From assembly GCA_963924565.1 (NCBI GenBank), contig OZ004609.1, positions 25,668,001-25,732,000 on the forward strand: a stretch of DNA of 64,000 nt, in the 5' to 3' direction. This stretch comes from Ascidiella aspersa (taxonomy: Eukaryota). This document shows positions 38,501-50,844 of the stretch, one piece after another (the stretch's first letter is position 1; the number at the start of each line of letters is the position of its first letter). A program made the translations under genes and the position numbers. The notes under the pieces are model-generated. The model made no database searches. It had not been told where the DNA came from and saw nothing but the letters and a program-made list of their open reading frames with translations.

Positions 38501-39073
38501 TAAATGTCGTGCTGGATTGCTAGCAAAGTTTGAAAGACCTCGATTCGGTTGCGTATGAGGTAGCACCTCTTTTGGTTGTGTGGTAAAGTTTCCAATCTGG
38601 TCCATACTGTCCGATCCGATGGTATCAGATATCGCCAGTTGAAACAAAATCAAATTTCTGCTTGTTACAGTTTATGCGTATGTAAGGCCATTTTTGCACA
38701 GCGATAATTCAAAGCATTTATAATTTTTGTACTAAACAGTTGGATTAGCTTAAAATGAGGTTCGTGAAATATTTTCTCACACCAATAGCTCGACCATCGC
38801 AGGTTGAAACGGTAACAGTACATTTTGCTGAATAGTTTTCTTAGTTTTGGTACATATCTATGTCGTTTTTCAGGCTTTGTAAGATAATGTTGACTAGCAA
38901 GCGTGACATTCACAACTGACACGCCTAGGTCCTATAATTGCTGTGCGATTATTTATTTCCGCTGATGTCATAATTCATTTAGCTAATATTGCGACTGTTT
39001 TTTGTTGTTGTTGTTTTGTCCCGTTTAAACCTTAATGATCTGTATTAACTAAATTTGCCTTGTTTGTTTAAGA

Positions 39074-39713
39074 CAGTGTGGTCCAACTGCAGGCCCGTGG
39101 GCCAAAGTTGGCCCGCAAGCTCCGCTTTTTTGATCCGCGAACTGATGGTCAGCTTTGCTTCAATCTAGCAATATCACTTCAATTTTTGTTATTGTAATTA
39201 ACAAAAAAACTTCGTAAATGATCCTTTGTGATTTCATAACTACCGTAGCTGAACAAAGGTGTCCATTTCATAAAGTTAGTATATATGCCATAGGCCAGCG
39301 GTTCTTAACCTGGCATGGTGATCTTTTGAAACAAACTAACGTACTGTTTAAATCAATGTGTCGAGCACGAGCAATTTGTTGTGTGGCCAATGCGAAAAGC
39401 CTCCTGAATTTACGGTTTAGCGCCAATTAAACTAAAAAAAATTTCGCGCTTCGCGCGACCAACAACACGCTTTACTATTTTCAAATTCTCTAAGTGACAT
39501 TTAATTGAAAATTCCGAATTGCTTTTTGTTGGGGGGCGAAAGGCATTGGAAAATTACCAAAGGAGGTGCGGCTAAAAAAAGGTTAAGAACCACTGCCATA
39601 TGCTATGTATAATTTCCAGCAATAAGCCTAAGAATCGCTATTTAAAAACATTGACCCGCAAGATAAAAAAAAATTGTTTTTGGCCCGCGATGAAAAGAAG
39701 TTGGACCACGCTG
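39074..39713. mobile_element. hAT-like MITE (outer element of a nested pair)
   Basis: TIRs CAGTGTGGTCCAAC...GTTGGACCACGCTG. TSD gtttaaga/gtctaaga. GGCCCG subterminal motifs. Confidence 0.85.
39296..39595. mobile_element. hAT-like MITE nested inside 39074-39713
   Basis: TIRs CAGCGGTTCTTAACC...GGTTAAGAACCACTG. TSD ccataggc/ccatatgc. Confidence 0.85.
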
Positions 39714-42700
39714 GTCTAAGATATTAATTGTAAATTTGGTTTACTTCAGTCAGGAAGACCTTTTGGGCCTAAAACGTAACCTATGATGTTTTAGATTTCT
39801 AGAACGTGTTTAAATGTAACGAAACTTACATGAATTATTTTAATGTTTTTAATTCGAAATAAATGAACGGCTTAAAGAATTAACGACTATAAGACGTTGG
39901 CTGACGTAAATTTCATACATGTTGTTCTTGTTATGGTTAGCAGTGCAACAAATCTTGGCCAGATCTTAAATGGTTGATTCAAAGGCAATAAAAACAAGAC
40001 GTTTTATTCACTTGCCGTAAAAACCCAATTCATGTCCTGAAAGGCGTTTGGCGTAACCGATATGGCGCCCGCAAAAAATCGCTTTATTTGCTCGCAAACA
40101 AAAGGGGGCTTGGTTCGCGTGTGTCAACGTGGGTTTAGCCCAGGTCGTCGCCGAGCAAATCGCCCTCTTCGGACCACGACAGAGAATGAGAGAGAGAGTG
40201 ACAGAGGGCGGGAGTGGGACATCACTCCACCCAGTATTTTGTCAGTATTCCGGACTCGCCAAGTCGCTGGCCTTTTCGTATCGCGAGGAACAAAGGGAAA
40301 ATATGCACGCACGAATTGACCTGAAATATATGCTTCAATCGTCGTGTAGAATAAGGTTATGCCGGCCAAGTCGCCGCGTGTTGTTAAACGTGGCAGCGCT
40401 GGGCGTAACCCAGGTGCTTGGGCGAAACGTTTGGCAACGCCTTTGTCCGCGCTCAAGGCTCCGAATAGTCACAACAAAACGGATTTATTCCGTTATGGCC
40501 AGGGATTACGAGAAAGCCTGGTGAATTCAAATGGAGCAAGGAAACGCGTTTTCGTTATCGCAAAAGCCCTGAATGAAGTATTTTGCTGTGTGCTGAGTTA
40601 CGGGACTTTTATTTTATCAGAATAAGCCGCCAGACTCATATCGATTAATCAGCTATACAGCTATTCAAGCAGGCTAGAGTGAAACAGAAAGCATTTTACG
40701 ATTTGTTTGCGCGGAAGGACTAATGCGACTATAACCGTTATAACGACTCTATAAACAGATAAAAAAATGAAAATGCTTAAACGTGTTTGAAGTCTCTTTT
40801 GTTCAAGCGGTGTCGCAGTGAAGATCCGTTATCTAAATTCTAAACTATTGTTAAATGTTAGTTTTAAGAAAAAAACATGCGATTAAAAGCAATTATACGA
40901 GTTGGCAGTTCAACAACTGTAAAACTTTTCATTTTAACCTTTTAACGAACAGACGACTCCGCGGGCGTATTCTCTCGACTGTTACTTTTTTGCGATCGGC
41001 AAAACGGATTCCGAGCGCCCTCGTGTATTGTACCTCAAACGAAATTGCGGCGTAAACTGACGCTATGACGTATGGCTGCGTTTTGCGAGTTCCGCTAAAA
41101 AACCCACGCAAAATGACGCTTCTTTGTTGCAGCATTGAGCGGCGCAACTGCACATTAGGCAAACGTTTGAAAGCATGTGTTGAGGCAGCTGATGTGTAAT
41201 TTGTTTTTTTTAACGAAAAATATTAGCGATTTACAGTTTGTGCGAATATGGCGTCATGTCTGTGATAGTACAAGTATAACTGGGTTGTTTAAATTTTATT
41301 GGCAGGTACAGTAAGAAAAAACCTAAAGTATTAAACTGGGTAAACTGGAGAAGTTGGTAGTGTAATATAGTGTAAGTGTGTGTAAGTGTGTAACGCTAAG
41401 GTAATACGTCGATACCCCATGTTTTTAGCACCACTGAAAATCCTAGTTCAGTGGAACTTATTTGTTAAATTCCTTGTTCTAATTTCGGTTAATGGTTACA
41501 ACCCTGTTTGGCGCTTAACATTGTTTTAAAATGTTTAGTTAAATGGATTACATTTAATGGCGCCTAACCTATTTAAGCACTAAGATTAGTTTGGCCGTAA
41601 ACTTACGGGGTGCGAATTGGGGGTTTCGACTCGGTGTAAAGTCTGATAGTGCTATACCGCTTAACTTGAACCAATATATGTTTTTAAGTGATAAGTACGT
41701 AATATGCAAAATAAGAAAACCCAAAGCAACAACGATCGCATTGTGGATGCGTTATACTTCGACTTGGCGAAGTGCAACTTTGGTATCGCGTTAATATTTA
41801 AGCCTCTGTTTGTGAAAAGATAAGGCAAAAATGGCAACAGGAAGCTTGTCACATAGGACATGTTCGACACACCGCAAACGTTTGTTCTAACGCCACGTTT
41901 GCGTTAACAGAGTTTGTTGACCCCGCAGTTAACTTATATACCCTCCTCTTGCTATAGCAGAGACATGGTATATGTTTGCTATATACTGATCAGCACTTTT
42001 CGATAATTTTGAGCGTCGACCAGCCTACGTGCAATAAAAGACCTGGTAACATAGATTTAACTAAGAAATAGTGATATATTCCGTTAAATGGCCCACCTCA
42101 CTGCAGCGCCACTAACAAAGGGTGTGGTATGAGGCCGGTCAGCAAACATGAGTACAACCAAACAAAGGTTTGGTTGGGCATTCCTCAACCTAAAGCCTGG
42201 TTATGAGCCTTTTGTTATCGGAAATACGTCGGTTGAAAATACAGAATATCGTTTGTTCGTATATCATATAATAATACATCTAGTTTGCCATCATGTGTGT
42301 TTCATCATACGAGAACCGTTTTTTGTCACTTCGTCAAATCGCCTGTCCTCTTTGGATGTGGTCGATATTTGGCAACTGCGGTTAATATTTAACCTTTCCG
42401 TCACATACCGTCGACAAAGCCGAGAAATTAAAGCCGTTAACGAGTTGGGACCGTATCAACTTGCTGTTGTGTCTGGCGAAAGCAGATCTCGATAAAATAA
42501 CGAACGTCATGATAGTTGCGTTTGGTGTAAGTTGCATCTCGCGATTTTCGAAACCAAACAGAAGAAAATTTAATGCAAACATTTTTCCCTATGAAAATAT
42601 GTTTGCAATAGACATCAGTCATTTAGAAATATTAGGGTCGATTAGGAATTTTTGATACCGGTATTATAAGGACGAATAGTTAAGATTTGGGTTGAGAAAG

Positions 42701-43117
42701 ATTTATTCCGACAACTTTTTCGATTAAAATTGTGAGAATAACGTTTCAACCAGTTTCGATAAGATAAAACTTGTATTTAAAATTTCACATCGAACGTTTC
42801 TATACCTGTAAGCTTAAAGGGTTAAGAAGTGTTGGAAATGTTGCGCATCTTAGTACAGTTCATTGAGGTTCAATTAATATCTAGAGAAGCGTCCACCGAC
42901 GTTAGTGTCTGAAACAGGGACCACATGCGTATCAATGGCGTGTAAGACGAAGTAGTTGCATTGTCCGACTGACGAGTTTGCCGACAGCGCTTAGTGTCAA
43001 GTTGGCACCGCTATCATCGTAAATCAACCATTGGCCATCGCTTGTTTATCGCCTCGCTCCCTCGAGCAATCGAGAGCAATGACATCTCTCGTATCGGTGC
43101 AACTTTCAATACATGAA

Positions 43118-43131
43118 TGGTCACGTGACCA
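43118..43131. promoter_or_regulatory. Extended E-box palindrome TGGTCACGTGACCA (USF/MiT-TFE CLEAR-type) in the CAP gene promoter
   Basis: 14-bp perfect palindrome about 130 bp upstream of ATG 43262. TATA-like TTTATATAG at ~43187. Confidence 0.45.
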
Positions 43132-43261
43132 GCGTTCGTTTCCTGGGGTGTCGCGCAGACAGGCGCCCTGGCGTACATAGATTGCATTTATATAGTTCAA
43201 CGGTCAGTTTGCGAAGGCAGCGTTAGCGGTTTCAACGAAACACAGCAGCGAAACATTCACG

Positions 43262-44796
43262 ATGGGAAATCTATTTTCTTCGCGCAGAAAAGGCTCGCGT
43301 AAATCGCGAAAACGCTGGAAAGCTTCCTATTCTTCGGGCAGCAGGGACGACCTGGTAACGATACCGACCGTTCAAGAGCGCAAGGAACAGCTCTTCCTCA
43401 GGACACCGTCGCGCGATAACTTTGAAGTCGACGACTTGGAGGACTACGTCCGCAGCAAGAGAGATACCCGACACACTACTACCATCAGAAACAGCAGCCC
43501 GGTTCAATCCAGGATGAGTGCCAAGTTCGAGGCCGACTGCATCGCAGCGCACAACAGCTACCGGCGCAAGCACGGCGTGGGCTGCCTGACTCGCAAGAGC
43601 GAGCTGTCCAGACAGGCGCAAAAGTGGGCCGACCAAATCGCCAAAGCCGATAGTCTCAAACACTCTCATGCCAAGGGCCTTGGCGAAAACGTGGCTTTCA
43701 CAAGCAAGGAAAACCCGTCAGGTATTCACGCATATTTTTTTGTAATTTTCAAAGAAACTAAAATAAATAAATATGGATGGTGGCCATCTCTTTCAATTGT
43801 CGAAATATTGTCAAAATTGGCAATACTTTCTCATGTAAAAAAATCAGTATTTGTTTGGTCCTGTATTTAACAACCTGTTACCTGTAATAATTGCCCTGTA
43901 GTTCGTTTAAAATACTTAAATTAAGGCCAAAAAAGGGAGGTCACGGTGTCATACAAGTCACTGCCCATTCCATTCAGGAAAATTATCTTATTTTTTACCG
44001 CTGACATAAAAATCCATTAGGATAGCGATAGCTAAAATCCGGGTATTTAGAGTGTCTTTTTACCCGTTTATGATGTAATAACATTAATAACGGTTAGCTA
44101 GTTTTGTGTAGAGCACGAATATTTTGAGCTTTAACCAGCTCAAGTGCTGGTAGAATCCGGTCAAATGAATGTGAATAGGTTGGCTTGGGCGTAATCACCA
44201 AGTAGCTTTAGAAACTCAAACTGTGTTGTCATTTTAAATGTCATGCGTGGGAGTGGCTATTGTACAGTAAGCTGAATACTTCGTTTTACTTAGCCGCGTA
44301 TGACGTTATGTATTTACACCGCACAGGATGCATAATTTAAACATTTGTAAAACCGAAGTTCTTTGCCTATCCACCTATGCTAGCCGCCTGCATTAGCAAT
44401 GATCGATGAAAACCACAACCTCAAAATACAATTGATCCGAGGAAATCCAGGGTTTAACTAATATATGGATGTATAACAGCACTCGTTTGGAATACTTTAC
44501 AGGAGAAGAAATCACGGCGATGTGGTACGACGAGATTAAAAAATACGACTTCCGAAAACCAGGGTTTCTGTCTGGAACAGGTAAAAATATTTAACGTTGT
44601 CTCAAATTTGCGAGCAAAACGGTTCGTACTTTGTAAACTAAGGGGTTATGGTTATGGTACCCTTTCTCTGTACTGACAGAGCACAACGTGTTCAAAACTA
44701 ATTACAAACGACTAATGATAAACGTAACGGCATTTACATTGGAAGAAGAACAAAGTTAATAACATTGGCATGTGGTATTGCATTTACAGCAAACAC

Positions 44797-44843
<47 letters not shown>

Positions 44844-47800
44844 ATTAATATGCAAACTGGTGTGACAACGGGAAGGTACTTTATCCCGAAACCATTAGCA
44901 AAAATTTCGACCAATAGCTCAATTTTATTAAAAAATACTTAAAGAAATTCTTTATTTCAACCCAAGTCGTTTGTTCAAAAGACTTAAGTCAAGTCAAGTC
45001 ATTTGTCCGAAAGACTTAAGTCAAGTCAAGTCATTTTGCCCAAATGACTTAAGTCAAGTCAAGTTATTTAGAAACAATGACTTAAGTGCAATTAAGTCAA
45101 GTCATTGACTTAAGTCATTACAACACTGGTTTGAATACTTGCAAAAGTCAAATATTCGGTATATTTATTATTTTTGTAGGACACTTCACCCAAGTGGTTT
45201 GGAAAGACTCGACTTACATTGGAATTGGAATCGCAAGAGGGCGCAATGGAACGTATGTAGTGGCCAATTACGATCCCCAGGGAAACATCACCAACGCCGG
45301 TTATTTCGAGAAGAACGTGCTGCAGGGAGGAAGCAAGCCATCGAAGAGCGGGAAGTCGGGAAGAAGTTCGAAGAGAAGAGACTCCTCCTCATCCTCTTCG
45401 TCGTCTTCATCGTCGTCTTCCTCGGATGATGAAGGAAGTAGAAGACAAATAGGTGCGACATTAAGTTCGACTTGCTTATTATCGACTTTTCGCAAGTGAA
45501 CGTCGTTGACTGAGAGCAGTTATTTGGTCATTTTGACACGAAATATTTGATATTTTACTTTCATAATTATACCATTATTAAATTGATCGTGCATCAAAGA
45601 AATGTATTTAAGTTCACTTGAAACCGGGTGATTTTTAATATTAGTACAGTAAATAAAAACAAATCACTAGCATTTTATGCATCACAGTAAAAAAGGGTGG
45701 AGATTCTGGGACTAAAACAGAGACCAAGGTACAAACCGAAGTGGAAGAATTCACCGACGAAAAGGGTAAGCTTTTAAAACTAACGGCAAAATAGCAAAGC
45801 TAGCAATTCTTTTAAAAGTATTTCGTAAAAAATAAAATTTCATGTATTCTCAATAGAATGTCCGAGTTTACCATTAAGTATTAAATAATAAAAACTGTTG
45901 AGTATTTACTAATTTTACTCAATACCTTGTACAACAAATGGGCAAAAAATAATCATACTATAAAATAAATACTTGACTAGTAAGTTGGAAACAACTTAAC
46001 AAAATCAAATGGGAGTCACATTATATCAATAAATTCCTAAATAATCTTAACAATACAGCAATAGTTGAACGTTTCTGCAAGCTATTAAGAAGAGCTGACT
46101 GGCGTGTCATTAAAATATAAAAAACGTAGGTTATGTCTACTCCGATATTATTATTTCTTATGTGATAAACATTTCCAAAGGTCGGAAAGCGCGCCGGACA
46201 ACTAAGACCACAATCACTACAACTACTAAGGGAGGATCGAAGTCAACATCGACTAAAAAGGAAGTCAACACGGAGTACATCAACTCAGGTTTAGACTAAC
46301 GCAAACATATATAATCCCATGTTACTTTAAGGAAAAAAAATCAAATGTTTTTTTTTTGTTGTCAAATGGTGACAATGTCTTGTGAAACGTTTGCTGGCCG
46401 GACAAAAAAGTGGCCGGACAAAATATTGGTTTTAAGTTTTCGGGCAAATCAGACGCGCGCTGTTCACTTCTACTTTTTTCATTCTAGAAATTCGACAACT
46501 TATTTAAGGGGGAAAAATGAAATAAATTGTTAGAACTGAACATTTTTGTTTGTTGATAGCTTGTGCTTGGTCAAATAGATTAATATCATCGATTAAAATT
46601 CGACTTAATTGCTCATGACTTCCGAGGTCGTTACCCCTGGGACAAACTACATCTCCTTCCTACTGCATATGCTCTTTATGCGGTCGAGCGACGACGTCAA
46701 TAATTATGTATAAATAACCGCGACTCCAGAACGTTCCAGCAAGCGCGATGCAGCAGTTTATACTTGGCGAGTTGCCTGGCCGTATTCACTTACTGCAAAT
46801 GCCAACGTAAACAGGTTTAGACAGAAATTGCGACAGGCAAAAATAATGCGATTTTCTAACTCCGTACTGTTGAGAAAAGGCGACGAGCTGATTGCGATAG
46901 GTATAATATTTTATCCTGCTCCTGTTTATTTGACGCTCTTAAATCTGTGTTAGCCCTTTCGTTTAAAAGTTATCTAAGACTGATTTGACATGAAAAGCAT
47001 AAAGTTGACTTGGTATTATGTAACTAGTTCCCAGGATTCTGCTTTTGCATTGTCTAACTCAATATGAGTGCTAATTTTCCTGCTTCCTGTTAGTCAAATC
47101 AACTGCCACCAACCAAAACGGAATACAATATAAAAACCGACAGCTGCAGTATCATTTGTAACAAAACGTATACCTTTTTGCACAAAATTGATCGTTTCTC
47201 AGTTAGATAAACACTTACATTTAGCAACCAATACCCGCGGGTTAAATATCAACGTATAGATTTGAAGAAGTGACCAACCTATATAGATCAGATCTGTAGG
47301 TAAAACTATTGGCCTGATGATCCGTAGTCCAATGAGTTTATCATGGGTTAAATTTCCAAAATATTTTACAGGCGACTCCCGAAAGCTGAATGACGACATG
47401 GGGGCGATGAAAATCAAGGACAAAAGCAAGGATGGATGCGGAAGCTCTTCCTATTCTTCCGGCAAAAACCATCTGAGCTCGAGCGAGATTCGAAAGTTCC
47501 AGGACGACTGCATTGACCGCCACAACGAACTGCGAAAAAAGCACGGCGTCCCCAAGTAGGTTTCTATTTCTGCCGCCTTCGGCGCGTGGAAAGATTACGA
47601 TCGAAGCCCCCTGTGTTGCTGCGAATCCGAATGATATGAAATCTTGTAAATTATGAGACTTTGGTTATCATAAAATACCTCTGTTTAAATTATTTTTGGA
47701 TACAACTTAAACCAGACTGACTTGACTTAACGTTGAAATTTTTCTATTAAAAGCTTTTTGTACTTTTTGTAAGACTCGGTATTTTGTTGTCACGTTTCCT

Positions 47801-48953
47801 ATTTGAAATTTGTAAAATGCTGCGACAAAGCTTACGAAAACCGTTCCGCAGCTTTTAAGGTAATAAAGGGCTTTCCTGTTTGCTGCATTTAGTGACATTT
47901 GCAAAATATAGAAGTTACTCATGGAGAGGGATGATTTTTTTAATTCAAAACTGGACAGCAAGTGTCCATGTAATTTATGTATCAAACAAGATGTGGTGTG
48001 ACTTCCTAGCTCTCTGTTTGAAAACCTGACCTGTCTTCAGCGTACATTGCATATTAGTAAATAATTAATCTGGTTTAGATTGAAGCGCTCATCCAAACTG
48101 CATGACAAAGCTCAGAAGTGGGCAGAGAATTTGGTAAAACTGGGAAAGCTAAAGCACAGCGGGGAGGCAGACCTTGGCGAAAATGTGGCTTATAAATATT
48201 CGTCTGACAAACGCGTATTCGGAGGTGAATCTTAGTAAACTTACAAATTTGTATTTTAAATTTATTTTATAGTATTGCTATATTAAACATGCGAAAGCGA
48301 AGATACTTTATTTGTTCGTTTTGTCTATAAAGGCATACTTTTATTTCATGAAAACAAGTATACGCTACAACATGTCTCTACTGAGCGTGGAATTATTATT
48401 TAGATTCGAATTCGCTTTACAGAAATGCATTTTTATTTTAAATTGAAATATTCCTTTTGTTCACAGGGGATGAAATAGCGGACATGTGGTACGACGAAAT
48501 TCAAAATTACGACTTTGGCAAGCCGGGATTCTCTTCCAACACTGGTAAACAAATTAATCCGCACGCGAACCTGGACTTTTTTATCAAAGGGAAACATGCA
48601 GATCGAAATTTCATCGTGTTATATTTCCGAAAGTATACAAGATATCGATCAGAATTTTTACACATTGCTCCAAGCAACCTAACTTAGCCAGCAATCAGAC
48701 TTTTATGGTCGATATCTTACTGTAGGATATATCACACGATGAAATTTCGAGCTGCATGCTTCCTTTTGGTAACCCTTCTCACCCTTGCCTGTTTACAGGT
48801 CACTTCACCCAAGTGGTGTGGGAGGACAGCAAGGAGATTGGGGTGGGTGCGGCGACCGACGGAAAGGGTACGCTCTACGCCGTCGCCAACTACTCGCCGG
48901 CTGGCAACTTCAGGGGAAAGTTCGACGTGAACGTAAGAAACCTGAGAAAGTAG
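43262..48953 (+). CDS. GAPR-1/GLIPR2-like protein with two tandem CAP (SCP/PR-1) domains, 9 exons, ~519 aa
   Basis: Exons 43262-43721, 44503-44580, 45180-45452, 45688-45765, 46181-46288, 47372-47555, 48079-48224, 48467-48544, 48799-48953. Phases consistent (1560 nt). N-terminal MGNLFS myristoylation motif plus a basic tract, no signal peptide. Both domains show HN..R..HG, AQKWA, LKHS...[23 protein letters not shown] and VANY.P.GN. Ser-rich and Thr/Lys-rich linker. AATAAA at ~48999 and ~49280. Confidence 0.9.
44797..44839. repeat. (TA)n microsatellite
   Basis: Near-perfect AT dinucleotide run. Confidence 0.9.
44979..45128. repeat. Tandem GACTTAAGTC(AAGTC)n subterminal array ending in a TIR-like TTACAACACTG (DNA transposon end)
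   Basis: Three ~33-bp units plus partial copies of the palindrome GACTTAAGTC. The terminus is the reverse complement of CAGTGTTGTAA, also seen at ~63958. Confidence 0.65.
46846..46900 (+). CDS. Candidate alternative first exon of the CAP gene ([18 protein letters not shown]), internal promoter
   Basis: ATG at 46846 and a phase-1 donor AG|GTATAA at 46901, compatible with exon 47372. TATAAATA at 46709-46716 inside a local CpG-rich patch. Confidence 0.4.
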
Positions 48954-49405
48954 GCAACAGATCAAGAAGGAAACAACGCTCTGACGACGACGATAGGAAA
49001 TAAAATCAGATATTATTTGAAATGCATTATATATCGATTTATTGTAGCCATCCATTTTGTCCTGTGTTATACATATGTGTGCTAATTGTTTTTGATGCTG
49101 TTCCAGCTGTTTTCTTATTTCTTCAATTTTTCGACCAATTTGGCTTTTAAAGTTGGATTACCCTTTAAAATGTTTCTTCACATATTTCGCTTTGCTGAGT
49201 AATTTTGGCGTCCACAACTGAAAAATGCGTTTTTCCTTTGCGAGGCTGTAATACATTCCACTGCGTAATCCAGTTATGCAATAAAATGAAAACTAAGGTG
49301 TCGATTTTATACGTACCTCGCCATCCTTAATAAATTGTTGTGAGTAAATAAAAGACAGACTTCATTTGCGGCAACTTGAAAAATTGACAGATACTTAATA
49401 GCATC

Positions 49406-50140
49406 AGGGGTGGGAAATTATTTTTAACCGCGGGCCGTATAAGAAACTTAAAATGTTGTGGCGGGCTGGTCAAAAATAAGATCTGAAATACACACAATAA
49501 ATAACGTCATATCCGACGCTATAAAACAAATAAGCTAACGAACTTGTTATTACGTTGGGAGTTGTGCGCAAATGTGCAATTTAAGTCGAATTTAAAAGAA
49601 AGAAAAAGTTGCCACTATAGGCGCGTTAACCAAAGAATTAAAGTTAAAATACGTAAATATTTCGCGACGGTATAAATCGGGAGAAAAACACACAACATGG
49701 CATTAAATAAATTAGGTTAACAAAATGTGAATCGGCATGTTTATAGTTTAGAAAACGGCCGGTATTTCGTTTATATTTTAAAGACGGAATACATTTGACC
49801 GAAGCGCAAAAAATATACAACTATTAGGCTACAAGTTTGGTAAAGTTTCGTTAGGAAACGGCTACAGTGTGGAGAACGCTTTTTGTGTGTAACGATGCCT
49901 GAAAATCTCGTTGAACTTATGAGAAAGACAGAAGAAATTGGCGCGTAAAGCGAAAACAATTTTCATTTTAGTATTTAAAACAGGCTAAAAAAAAGTTTGG
50001 TGGGGTCATGACTAGATCCGTCCCTGGAAAGAGTGTTTACTATACAACCAAGCATGTAGAAACTCGCCCTTGGTTTCGCTTAGCCTATGTATTTTAAGAG
50101 AAAAAAGCCGCGGATCGGATTAAATCGCTTGGCGGGCCGC
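49406..50140. mobile_element. Degenerate hAT-like non-autonomous element
   Basis: Left end CAGGGGTGGGAAA...CGCGGGCCG; right subterminal GCGGATCGGAT...GGCGGGCCGC. Right TIR not seen. Confidence 0.45.
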
Positions 50141-50844
50141 TTTAACTTTTATATTTTGTTTCAGGTTACGAAACAAGCGGTGATATTTTTTGTATTTTTA
50201 TTTTTCAATCAATATCTTGAAAAAATATAAGGGTATCATTTTCTGTTTAGAATTATTTTTGGAGGCCCCATTTTTGTCGCTGGGGCTTAAGCCTAAGACA
50301 AGTGGACCCAATGGTGTACAAGGTATAGCTCAAAGAAATTAATATTTGTCGTCTGGATTTTCAAACTTCCATTTTTCGTCGATTTCTGCAATTCGTTTCC
50401 AAAATGTTAAGCAACAAAGACTATAGACCTGGTAACAATTGAATAGGATACGATATCATTCTTTAAGTTGCATAACAATACGATATCATCCTGTAAATTG
50501 CCAGCGGTGATGACCACTTTTCTTGAGTCGTTTCCACTATCCACGGACTCACATAACAACTAGTGGTCCGTGCTCATGTTAACGACAAACGTTACAGTGT
50601 TTTTTGTTTTTTTTTAAGTTACAGAACGTCGCACGGGAGGTTCCTAAACTAAAATCATGAAAAATACAAATTTGAGTATAACTATATTTAAATGTTTAAG
50701 TTAGTGAACACCGGACAGCATGCTTTTTGACCCACTTGTGGGCGGTAGAGATACCACATGATAAAAACCTGTCCAAGAGCATTGTAACACAATGTTATCA
50801 TTGTAACACAATGTGATCAAACTTAATTCTATTATATTTTTCAG

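Noticed and set aside
40020-41200. Coding gene in the GC-rich patch between POU4 and the CAP gene
   Set aside because: Only short ORFs without motifs; at most regulatory DNA.
44979-45128. CRISPR-like appearance of palindromic repeats with short spacers
   Set aside because: Eukaryotic intron, spacers are short and related to each other, and there are no cas genes. It fits a transposon subterminal array.
50165-50179. 15-nt symmetric micro-exon between CAP2 and CAP3
   Set aside because: Frame-compatible, but the donor is weak and it adjoins a transposon remnant; not supportable without reads.
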